This document shows positions 20,725-29,757 of a stretch of 64,000 nucleotides of DNA, piece after piece; position 1 is the stretch's first letter, and each line of letters begins with the position of its first letter. This DNA is from Kofleriaceae bacterium. GTDB lineage: Bacteria > Myxococcota_A > Polyangia > Haliangiales > Haliangiaceae. Location: contig JBKJLC010000283.1 in assembly GCA_046597055.1 (NCBI GenBank), positions 1 to 64,000 on the forward strand, given 5' to 3'. A program made the position numbers and the translations under genes. Below the pieces are notes generated by a model. It was not told the DNA's origin, made no database searches, and saw only the letters and a program-made list of their open reading frames with translations.

Positions 20725-23507
20725 TCACACGCCCCGCACCTTGTCGAGCAGGCTCCGCGTGAGCGCCCGGACCACCTGGGCGCGCATCGCAGCGAGATCG
20801 AGAAACCGCGCGTCGACCAGCACCTTGACCTTGCACGCATCGAGCTGCAGCTCCCGGAGGACTTCGGTCACCGCCGCCGCCGCCTGATCGACGAGCGCGG
20901 GGCCGACCGTGGCCATGAGCGCGACCCCCTCATCGAAGCCCTTCTTCATCCGGTCCGGCGCAAACACGAACGGCGAGTACCGTCCGTACTCCTCGCGCTG
21001 CTCCTGGAAGTAGCGCTCGATGTGCGGGCTGGCCGAGCCGGCCCATCCGAGGTCGATCTCGAGCCGCTCGGGGAATGGCGTGGCGAAGGTCAGGTCCTGG
21101 GCTCGTCGCAGCCACTGCCGGATGGCGGTAACCTTTCCGACCGCCTCCCAGATTTGGTTCGCAACCTCCTCTTCGGCCAGCTGCTTCATCCAGATCGTGA
21201 GCGGGATTGTGAGCGCCGGCGCCGCGCGCAATAAGATGGTCGCGACGGTCGGGACCCCGAGTGCCGACGGCACGCCAAGATACGGGATCTTGCTGACGAT
21301 CTTGACCGCGATCCCGTCGGTCATGAACGTCAGGTTCTTCAGGTCGGGCAGCATCTTCCCGAGCTTGAACATGCCGTAGAGCCACTTGGCGTGATCCGCG
21401 AACGTCTTGCCATCGGCGGTCACGTGGAGCCCGAGCAGCCGCTCGATCTCGGCCGAGTCGGTGGCCGTGGCCTGCAGCTCCTTCCACCGGGCGATTGCCG
21501 CGGCGAAGTCGGCGCACGACGGCTCGGCGTCGTCGGGCGCTTCGAGCATCGTCTTGTCGGTCGAGTAGTATGGTTCGAGCCCGGCTGTCTGTTGGGCACG
21601 CAGCTCGTCGAGGTCGGTGTAGGGAGACGACGGATCGAGCTCGGGACCGGCGACGCGCACCGAGAGGTCCTCGGTGCGGCCGAGCTTCGCCCACAGGTCC
21701 TCTTCGGCGAACCGGTCGATCGTGAAGGTCCCGAGCGCGGGGTGCGACGCCTTGACCTCCTGCCAGACGTCATTGAACGCGAAGTCATAGGCGAGCGCGC
21801 GCTTGTCGTCGCGCTCGATCGGGTCGAGCTCGGCGTACGGATGGCGCACCAGCGGCTCGGTCAGCATGGCCTCGCGATAGAGCGACTGCCACCACGCGAA
21901 GTACGAGTGCTTGCGACGGAGCGCCTGCTGAGCGTGGTGGATGTAGATGCTGTGGGCGGCGCGGTAGGGCGAGCGCAGGTGATCGATGATGTCGATCAGC
22001 TCGTCGGTCGTCAGCCGGTCGAGCGTCGCCGCCAGCTCGGGTCCGGGCGAGTCGGGATCCTGACCGACCACCGCCGCCAGCTCGTGCTCGCGCTGTATCC
22101 GGGGCTCTGGATCGAGATCGAGATAGACCGACAGCCGGTGGGCGATCGTGCCGTCGCGCGTCGCCGGATGCTCGAGCCGGATCCGGAAGCGCTCACGACC
22201 CCCGAGGACCCAGGTAACGCGCGCGGTCGCGCCGGTGCCGCTGGTCGACAGCACACGCAGGCTCGCGTCGAGCGACAGCGGGCGGCCTTGGGCGGCGAAC
22301 ACGGCTCGGAGGTCGATGTCCGGGCCATCGAGGCGAAGCAGATCGAGGGCGGCGCGCACAGCGTCGAAGCGCTCGCGGTCGCGGGCCGGGGCCGCCGGGT
22401 GCTCGGCATGGCCGGCAAGCTCGAACAGCTTGCCGTGCCACAGCTCGTTCTCCGACTCGAAGAAGAACAGCTGGATCGGGAAGAACTCGCGCGCGCTGTG
22501 GGCATCGACCAGCGTCGCCGAAGAGACCAGGGTGGCTTGCCCACCCGCGACCGTCTGGGCGACGTCGTACTGGACGACGTGCCGCTCCCCGGCGTGGACC
22601 ATCGCGTCGCGAATCAGCCAGGCGCTATCTCGCGAGCGCACGCGGATCGCCGCCGGGCCGCTCAGATAGTGATTGTGAGCCGCGAGCCGGGCGCGCAGCG
22701 CGTCGGTGACCCGTCGCGCGTTGAGCGCGCCGATGAGGCTTTGGTACGCGGGATCGGGGTTGTCGAGCCGCATCGTCGCCAGCGCGACCTCGGCGGTGAA
22801 CTTCGCGGGATCGAGCAGGGCCTGCACGACCGCGTCCTTGCGCTCAGGGGTGTGGACATCGTCGGGCAGCAAGCGCTGGCGCACGAGGTGGCGGTGGACT
22901 CCCAGCCGGGTCTCCACGCGCGTGCCGGGCGCGATCGCGTGCGCACCAAAGAACTTGGAACTCGCGCGGGGCGTACACATTGGCGCGGCCACCGAAGAAC
23001 GAGTACAGCGCGTACATGCTGTCGGCAGACTGTCCGAACTGGCACGCACGAAGCGTCACCCACGAGTCGTCGCGCAGGCGCGCGACCACGGCCTGACGCT
23101 TCTGCATGAAGTCGGCGAGCTTGCCGTCGGCGAAATCCTTCTGGAGGCATGCCAGCGCGAACGCGTTCACGTACTGATACTCTGGCGTTTGGAAGGCCGA
23201 CGCGCCCGGCACCACCGGTACCAGGAGCGACTCCGGCGAGCCGTGGACCACGATCACGATCTCGCGAATGCGCCTGACCCCGGCCCGCACGTCGGCGTGC
23301 AGGACATCGATCAGCCCGGCGAGGCTGGCGACCTCGCGGCGAACGTGGCCGCGGTAAAACCTATCCAAGAAGGCACGTGCGGCCTTTGCCGTACCCATCT
23401 TCCGGAGGGAGGAAGTCGACGACGTAATCACGCACGCCCGGGGTCGCCGGCAGCGGATATTCGACGAGCTGCCCGAACAGCCGCTTCCCGCGCGCGAGAT
23501 CGCTCAT
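20725..23507 (-). pseudogene. island operon gene A: ~926-aa protein broken by two single-base insertions; N-terminal DUF4347/caspase-like domain
   Basis: ATG 23507 (MSDLARGKRLFGQLVEYP...GYGK) joins track ORF 22844..23431 if one A at 23385-23387 is removed, and joins ORF 20725..23049 if one A at 22955-22956 is removed. Could be a sequencing error rather than a true pseudogene. Confidence 0.7.
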
Positions 23508-23612
23508 CGGGTCGCCTGGACTGGATCCCTGGAGCGGGCCATCGCTGCGCGACGAATCACAGGCTGAGTAGGCCTGCTGCGAGCCCCGATATCCACGGAA
23601 GCGCAGGGTAAG

Positions 23613-24860
23613 TCACGGCACCGCGATCGGAGCAAGCGCCGCCCGGGCCGCGTTGCGCACGGTCGGCGGCGCGCGACGGACCGTCCGCTCGAGCGCCGCC
23701 ACGGCGCGACGGCGGACCCGGCGATCCATCGCTCCGGGGCGGCGCAACAGCATCCCGAGGCCTTGCGCGCCGAGCTCATGATCGGGCCCTCGCTCGAGCA
23801 GCGCGACGAACGCGTCGACCACCTGCGGCGACCGCGGGCCAGCGGTCGCGATCAGGTCGACGAGCCCGAAGCGGACCTGCGCCGGCGCCGAGGGCAGCGC
23901 CGCCAGCAGCCGGCCCAGCGCGGCGTCGAGCGACGGTGTCCAGCCGATCGCGGCCAGTGCCCGGGTAGCGCGGACGGCGCTCCAGTCGGTCGGGCTCAGC
24001 ACCGGCCGATGCACCGCATCGACGAGTGCCGGCACCGCCGCCCGCGCCGCGGCTCCTAGCAGCGGCAACGAGTCGATCGCCTGCTCGCGCGATCGCGGGG
24101 AGCGTGTGAACTCGATCACCGCGATCGCGAACTTCACGCGGTCATGATCGGTGGCGTCCGGGCCCGGGTAATGCGCGCGCTCCCAACGCAGCGATTCGGC
24201 GACCTCGGGCGCCATCCCGTCGGGCGCGACGCCGGCGTCGGCGAGATACGTGAACATCGCGGCGCTCGGGCCGTTGGCGTAGGTCATCACCGTGTCGCCA
24301 CGGGCGGTACGCTGGGTCGGATTGATGCCGTGGTCGACCAGCAGGCGCGCGATGTCCACCGAATCGACCAGCGCGGCGAGTATCAAGAGCGGCACGCCGT
24401 CGGGCGGCGCCAGATCGGGATCGGCGCCGGCAACGAGCAGCCGCCGCACCGCCTCGGTATGCCGGGCGGCAACCGCGAACCAGAGCGCTGTCTTGCCGAT
24501 TTCGGCCGAGCCGATCCCGTGTTCGGCAGGTAGCTGGAAGTCGACGGCGGCACCGGCCTGCACGAGGAGGTCGATCACCTCGACTTCACCGTGCTCAGCT
24601 GCAGTCATGAGCGGGGTGCGACGGCCGTTGAACGCGTGACCGTTGCAACGCTGGCGGTCGAGCTGGGCGCGTACCTCCGCAGGCGATATGAGCCAAGCGA
24701 GCTCGGGCGAGCAGTCGGGCGCCGGACGCGGGGGAACGGGCGGCACCGCCCGCTGGGGCTGGGGCGCCGCGATGGGTCGGGCGGCCACGCTAGACGGTCG
24801 TGACGAGCCGCACGCTCCGGCGACAAGCGCTCCGGCGGCGAGTAGCGCGCCCTGCACCAT
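23613..24860 (-). CDS. ankyrin-repeat lipoprotein with C-terminal HEAT-like repeats
   Basis: SD GGAGGT before ATG 24860; lipobox AGAC. Ankyrin motifs RTPLMTAAEHGEVEVIDLLVQAGA, GKTALWFAV...LLVAGADPD and LLVDHGINP. HEAT-like ARAAVPALVDAV. Confidence 0.8.
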   Translation of the reverse strand: MVQGALLAAGALVAGACGSSRPSSVAARPIAAPQPQRAVPPVPPRPAPDCSPELAWLISPAEVRAQLDRQRCNGHAFNGRRTPLMTAAEHGEVEVIDLLVQAGAAVDFQLPAEHGIGSAEIGKTALWFAVAARHTEAVRRLLVAGADPDLAPPDGVPLLILAALVDSVDIARLLVDHGINPTQRTARGDTVMTYANGPSAAMFTYLADAGVAPDGMAPEVAESLRWERAHYPGPDATDHDRVKFAIAVIEFTRSPRSREQAIDSLPLLGAAARAAVPALVDAVHRPVLSPTDWSAVRATRALAAIGWTPSLDAALGRLLAALPSAPAQVRFGLVDLIATAGPRSPQVVDAFVALLERGPDHELGAQGLGMLLRRPGAMDRRVRRRAVAALERTVRRAPPTVRNAARAALAPIAVP

Positions 24861-24912
24861 CCACCTCCCAAGGAGCCCGCGCGGCACGACAGGGGTCTAT
24901 AACAAGGGCGCG

Positions 24913-25821
24913 ATGAACCGTCAACCTACCGTCAAGCGCTGCGGAGGGGCCGGCGGATTTTGCGTGGCGCGGTGGCTCGTCTTCGTTGCGCTCGGCGTCG
25001 GCTGCTCGGGCGAAGGCGGTGGGCCGAGACCGGCCTCGCCGCCAGCACCGACGAACGTGCCGGCCGGGACCTCGTGCGAGGCGCGCACCGAGCAGCTAGC
25101 CGAACAGCTGGCGGCGGGCGCATCATCTTTACCCAAGATCCAGGCGCATCCGCCGGCGCGCCTGCCGGACGCGCCGGGCGGCGCGGTGGTCGAAGTGACG
25201 GGCGTGGTGGTCATGATCGAAGGCGATGGTGGCCTGCACCTGACCGGCGAAGGGTTTGCCGATGCGACCGCGCTCGGGCGACGCGTGGCGTCGATGGTTG
25301 CGCGCGTCCGCGACGGCGCGGCGACCCCGATCATCTACGTCTCGGCTGATCGCGACGCGCCCGCGGCGGCCCTCGCCAGCGTCGCGGAGGTGATTCCGGG
25401 CGCGGTCACCGAGCGCCGCTTGCTCGTGCGTTCAAGTGCGCGGTCGACACTGGCGGCGGCCGAGCTCATCGATGTGCCGAGCGTCGTAGCGCTACGCCGC
25501 CAGCTGGACGCGGCGCGCAGCGCAGCCGACGCCGCGGTCGCCTCAGCCGATGCGATGCGGCGCGGCTTCGGCGATCGGTGCGCGTCGCTGGCCCGCGCCT
25601 TCGCCACGACGTGGCCGGCCGGAGCCCTCGAACGTGCGCGCTCCGTGCCGGCGGCGCTGCGTGACTGCCGTTGCGACGTACCCGACTTCGCCCTCGGCGC
25701 TTACGCGCTGCTTGCGGGGTCCGGCGCGCTCGACCCGCCACCCCGCTGGGTGCCGCTCCCCGCTCCACCGGCGCCGCCGCGCGCCAGCGTTGCCGCATGG
25801 CTGGCGGCGCGTGGTCCGTGA
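24913..25821 (+). CDS. hypothetical lipoprotein, central region ExbD/TolR periplasmic-domain-like
   Basis: ATG 24913; LVFVALGVGC lipobox; VVVMIEGDGGLHLTG...IIYVSADRDAP; C-terminal CRCD motif. Confidence 0.6.
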   Translation: MNRQPTVKRCGGAGGFCVARWLVFVALGVGCSGEGGGPRPASPPAPTNVPAGTSCEARTEQLAEQLAAGASSLPKIQAHPPARLPDAPGGAVVEVTGVVVMIEGDGGLHLTGEGFADATALGRRVASMVARVRDGAATPIIYVSADRDAPAAALASVAEVIPGAVTERRLLVRSSARSTLAAAELIDVPSVVALRRQLDAARSAADAAVASADAMRRGFGDRCASLARAFATTWPAGALERARSVPAALRDCRCDVPDFALGAYALLAGSGALDPPPRWVPLPAPPAPPRASVAAWLAARGP

Positions 25822-25960
25822 CGGCGTCGAGCCTCCGTCGACGTAGCCGGGTGCGGGGCGCCAAACCTGACGGGCGGGCCTTGGCCTCGACCCTTCGATG
25901 ACGTCGCTACGAAGGGCAAGCTGATGGAGCCGCAGCTTGAGGCGCTGGAGGTCGTGGTCA

Positions 25961-26010
25961 GCCTCGCACGAACCGGCACGAACCGGCACGACCCAGCACG
26001 ACCCGGCACG
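25961..26010 (+). repeat. five 10-bp tandem units ending in GCACG
   Basis: GCCTCGCACG AACCGGCACG AACCGGCACG ACCCAGCACG ACCCGGCACG. Confidence 0.75.
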
Positions 26011-26315
26011 AATCCGGGGAATAGTTCAGCCGACGGCACGCCGCCTCCGCCGCGCAGCTGCGCACGAGGCGCTCGGCCGCACGTCGGTAGTCCCGCGGGG
26101 CTCGACGTCGCTGACGTCGGCATTGACTGGTGGCGGCCAGTCAAGGGGCTGCCGCGGCGGTGCTGACCGCTACCTCGGCGACGCTGGTGACCGCCCCTGC
26201 GGCAGGGATCCAGTAACGCGAGGCGTTGTCACCCCATGGCGCGGACGAAGGCTCGGGAGTGTAACCTGGTCTTGACTCATACCCGTGGCTCAGCGACCGA
26301 TCGAGAGTCCTGACG

Positions 26316-26339
26316 TGCTGCCAAGGTGCTGCCACGCGG
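26316..26339 (+). repeat. two 11-bp-period repeats, candidate integrase arm-type sites
   Basis: TGCTGCCAAGG TGCTGCCACGCGG. The final 12 bp are identical to 7694-7705. Confidence 0.65.
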
Positions 26340-26431
26340 AACGGAACTGGACGGCTTCAGACGGGGCGGAGCGGGGTTCCAAGGTTGCGAAACTTGTGCA
26401 AGGTCCCGTCGTCAAAGAAAACCCGCCAACA

Positions 26432-26587
26432 GGGGACAGGTTCCTATAGTCCATCCTATGGGAACCAATGACATTTTCAGGGCCATGCCCCAGCGCGAGC
26501 CAGTCCCCGAGCGGCCAGAACGCCCTGGGGCAGTGGCCCTGAAAAGACGATTGTTCTTCGACTCTTACCAGGTAGGATCCTGTCCCC
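26432..26587. repeat. 156-nt nested inverted-repeat element (REP/MITE-like or structured RNA)
   Basis: Outer arms 26432-26446 / 26573-26587 (14 of 15 complementary). Inner arms 26474-26493 / 26525-26545 (20 bp, one bulge). Two 27-nt intervening segments. Confidence 0.7.
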
Positions 26588-27847
26588 ATGCGCTGGCTGC
26601 CGCTGATCGTCGCGAGCCTCCTGGCCGCGACCGCGGCGTGCGGAGACCGTCGGCCGGTCGCGCGGGTCAAGGCCGACGCGGGTCCCGAGGTGGCCCTGAC
26701 CGCGGCCGATCCGCGGGCCAAGGCGGAGCCGGCTGGCGGCGAGGCGGTGCCGCTGGTCGGAACCTGCGCGGCGGCGACCTCCGACGACATGACCGACGAC
26801 CGCCGGATCGACGCGATGCTCGACGAGGCCGGGCGTCAGCTCGAGCTGGCCGGGTGGGCCGACGCGTTCACCTGCGCCGACATGGCGGCCGACCTGCAGC
26901 CGCGATCGATCGAGGCCCACCACCTGCGCGCGGCGGCGCTGGCCGGCGGCGGCCACGATGAGGCGGCGACGATCGCCTACGGGATCGCGCTGGCGCTCGA
27001 CCCCGAGGATCCCGAGACGCTGCGGGCCGCGGCCGACTTCTACATCAACGTCACCCGGGCCAAGACCCGGGATACCACCGGGCTCGGGCTCGAGCTGGCC
27101 CGACGCGGCTCGGCCCGGGCGACCGCCCGCCGGCGCGGCCAGCGCGAGCTGCGCGGCCAGCTGGCGCTGCTCGAGGCCCAGGCGCTGAACGACCTCGGCC
27201 ACTCCGACGACGCGCTCGAGCGCGCGACCGAGGCGGTCCGGCTGTCGGCCGAGCTGATCGACGGCGTCCACGAGCGCGGCGTCGCGCTGTTCAACCTCGG
27301 CCGGTTCGCCGATGCCCGCGCGCAGTTCGAGCGGGTCCTGACCGCCGCGCCCGAGGACGCCTACGCCCACCACCTGCTCGGGCTGACCCTCGAGCAGACC
27401 GGCGCGCCGGCGGGGGCCGAGACGCACCTGGGCCGGGCCCGTGCGCTCGCCCCCGGCGAGTTCCCGGTGCCGGTCGTGATCACGCGCGGCGAGATGGAGG
27501 CCGAGATCGCCCGGGTGGTCGCCGGCCTGCCGCTCGACCGCCAGGCGCGGCTGCGCGGCGTGCCGATCCAGGTCGTCGACTTCCCGGACCCGATCGATCT
27601 CAAGTCGGTGTCGCCGCCGTTCCCGCCCACGATCCTCGGGCTCTATCGCGGCCTGCCGCTCGGGGTCGAGCCCCTGCCCGGCGAGGACGTTCCGGCCCGC
27701 ACGATCCTGCTGTACCGGCTGAACCTGGCCCGCGCGGTCCGCACCCGCGCCGAGCTGTCCGAGCAGATCGAGCGCACGCTGCTGCACGAGATCGGCCACC
27801 TCGACGGACTCGACGAAGACGATCTGCGCCGCCGCGACCTGGAGTGA
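26588..27847 (+). CDS. TPR-repeat lipoprotein with C-terminal zincin-like (Zincin_1) metallopeptidase domain
   Basis: Lipobox TAAC. TPRs ([30 protein letters not shown]). ILGLYRG...ILLYRLNL...[17 protein letters not shown] (HExxH). Confidence 0.88.
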   Translation: MRWLPLIVASLLAATAACGDRRPVARVKADAGPEVALTAADPRAKAEPAGGEAVPLVGTCAAATSDDMTDDRRIDAMLDEAGRQLELAGWADAFTCADMAADLQPRSIEAHHLRAAALAGGGHDEAATIAYGIALALDPEDPETLRAAADFYINVTRAKTRDTTGLGLELARRGSARATARRRGQRELRGQLALLEAQALNDLGHSDDALERATEAVRLSAELIDGVHERGVALFNLGRFADARAQFERVLTAAPEDAYAHHLLGLTLEQTGAPAGAETHLGRARALAPGEFPVPVVITRGEMEAEIARVVAGLPLDRQARLRGVPIQVVDFPDPIDLKSVSPPFPPTILGLYRGLPLGVEPLPGEDVPARTILLYRLNLARAVRTRAELSEQIERTLLHEIGHLDGLDEDDLRRRDLE

Positions 27848-27891
27848 CCGTGGCCGACCCGCGAGCGCCAACTGCGGTAGCCTGTGACCGC

Positions 27892-29757
27892 ATGACCGCG
27901 CGGGAGCCCCTCCCCGATCACGGCGGACCCGAGGCGACCATCGCGGCGCTCGAGGCCGCGCTGCGTCGCGAGAAGAAGAAGCTCGAGCTGGTCAGCGAGG
28001 TTGGCAGCGCCCTGTCGAGCGCGCTCGACCTCGATCAGCTGCTCGCCCTCCTGATGGAGAAGGTGACCCAGCTGATGGAGGCCGACCGCTCGACCCTCTA
28101 TCTGCTGTCCGAGGACGGCCGCGAGCTGTGGTCGAAGGTGGTGCAGGGCGGCGAGGTCCTCGAGATCCGGCTCAAGGTCGGCGAGGGCATGGCTGGCTGG
28201 GTCGCCTCGTCGGGCGAGGTGGTCAACATCGCCGACGCCTACCACGACACCCGGTTCCAGCCGGCGGTGGACCTGCGCTCGGGCTACCGCACGCGCTCGT
28301 GCCTGTCGGTGCCGATGCGCAACTCGATCGGCGTCATCGTCGGCGTGCTGCAGGTGCTGAACCGGCGCCCGGTCGGGCTCGACGGCGCCGGCCATGACCC
28401 CGACCGCGCCGATCGCACCGACGCGCCGTTCTCGGCCGACGACGTCGAGCTCTTGCTCGCGCTCGCCAGCCAGGCCGCAGTCGCGATCGAGAACTCCAAG
28501 CTGTACCTGTCGGTGGTCGCCAAGAACGTCGAGCTGGCCCAGGCCAAGGCCGACCTCGAGCAGAAGACCAACGAGCTCAACGTCCTCTACGAGGTCGAGA
28601 AGGAGCTGTCGGCCGCGGTCGGGCTCGACCAGCTGCTCGACCGGATCTTGGCCCGCACCACCGACCTGCTCGACGCCGAGGCCGGCACGATCGCGCTGAT
28701 CACGCCGGCGGGCGACGCGCTCGAGCTGGCCACCGTGCTGGGCCCGGCCGCCGACCGGCTGCGCAAGCAGCGACTCGCGCTCGGCCAGGGGCTGATCGGC
28801 TGGTCGATCGCGCAACGCAAGCCGGTGATGGTCGGCGACGCCGAGCACGACACCCGCCACGCGGCCGGGTTTGCCCGCGAGCACGGCGTCACCACCGGCA
28901 CGCTGATGGTCGCGCCGGTGGTGTCCGACGACAGCGTGGTCGGCGCCATCGAGGTGATGGACAAGCGCAGCGGCAGCTTCGGCGAGGCCGACCTCAAGCT
29001 GCTCGAGTTGATCGCGGGCCAGATCGGCCAGGCGATCTCGCTGAGCCAGAGCCGCGACGAGCGCCGCGACCGCGACCGGCTGGCCTCGATCGGCCGGCTC
29101 ATGGCCGGCGTGCTGCACGATCTGAAGACCCCGATGACGGTGATCTCCGGCTACGCCCAGCTGATGGCGCAGTGCGACGACGCCGACCAGCGCGAGCGCC
29201 ACGTCGAGAGCATCCTGCGCCAGTTCGACATCATGTCGGGCATGACCCGCGAGGTGCTGGCGTTCGCGCGCGGCGATCGCGACCTCATGATCCGCAAGGT
29301 GTACTTGCACCGGTTCGTCGACGAGGTCGTGACCCAGCTGCGCCACGCGTTCGCCGGCCGGCCGATCGACATCGAGGTCGACCTCGGCTTCGACGGCGCC
29401 TCGCACTTCGACGAGCAGAAGATCCTGCGGGTCCTCCACAACCTGGCCCGCAACGCGGCCGAGGCGATGGCCGGCGGCGGCAAGTTCACGCTGCGGACCC
29501 GGCTCGATGGCGATTCGCTGGTGTTCGAGGCGGTCGACAACGGGCCCGGCATCGAGCCCGCGATCCGGGCCCGCCTGTTCGAGCTGTTCGCGTCGGGCCG
29601 CAAGGGCGGCACCGGCCTCGGCCTCGCGATCGTGAAGAAGATCGTCGACGATCACGGCGGCGAGATCGCGTGCGACACCGGGCCGGGCGGCACCACCTTC
29701 ACGATCCACATCCCGCACCGCAGCACGCGCACGGGAGAGTTCCCGCCGGTCCGGTGA
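27892..29757 (+). CDS. GAF-GAF sensor histidine kinase (cytoplasmic)
   Basis: Two GAF domains ([28 protein letters not shown]). H-box [10 protein letters not shown]-box [16 protein letters not shown] and GTGLGL. Alternative GTG start at 27844. Confidence 0.92.
   Translation: MTAREPLPDHGGPEATIAALEAALRREKKKLELVSEVGSALSSALDLDQLLALLMEKVTQLMEADRSTLYLLSEDGRELWSKVVQGGEVLEIRLKVGEGMAGWVASSGEVVNIADAYHDTRFQPAVDLRSGYRTRSCLSVPMRNSIGVIVGVLQVLNRRPVGLDGAGHDPDRADRTDAPFSADDVELLLALASQAAVAIENSKLYLSVVAKNVELAQAKADLEQKTNELNVLYEVEKELSAAVGLDQLLDRILARTTDLLDAEAGTIALITPAGDALELATVLGPAADRLRKQRLALGQGLIGWSIAQRKPVMVGDAEHDTRHAAGFAREHGVTTGTLMVAPVVSDDSVVGAIEVMDKRSGSFGEADLKLLELIAGQIGQAISLSQSRDERRDRDRLASIGRLMAGVLHDLKTPMTVISGYAQLMAQCDDADQRERHVESILRQFDIMSGMTREVLAFARGDRDLMIRKVYLHRFVDEVVTQLRHAFAGRPIDIEVDLGFDGASHFDEQKILRVLHNLARNAAEAMAGGGKFTLRTRLDGDSLVFEAVDNGPGIEPAIRARLFELFASGRKGGTGLGLAIVKKIVDDHGGEIACDTGPGGTTFTIHIPHRSTRTGEFPPVR

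Larger units (their letters stand above)
7610..26441. mobile_element. putative integrative genomic island (~18.8 kb) lacking a recognisable integrase
   Basis: 13-bp direct repeat ACAGGGGACAGGT at 7610-7622 and 26429-26441. 11-bp-period GCTGCCA repeats lie just inside both ends. The cargo is accessory genes only. Confidence 0.65.

Noticed and set aside
8418..23507. Calling the operon a prophage, T6SS, eCIS or Tc toxin locus
   Set aside because: I recognised no sheath, tube, VgrG, baseplate, terminase, RHS/YD or SpvB motifs, so it is left as unknown.
25961..26010. 10-bp repeats as CRISPR or plasmid iterons
   Set aside because: Too short, no spacers, and no rep gene nearby.
25830..26310. Integrase or transposase remnant near the right island end
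   Set aside because: The short ORFs here show no tyrosine-recombinase, serine-recombinase, DDE or HUH motifs.
26160..26590. tRNA or tmRNA at the island boundary
   Set aside because: I found no cloverleaf or T-arm-to-CCA arrangement on either strand. The 6S-like reading of the hairpin is unconfirmed, so it is not called as an ncRNA.
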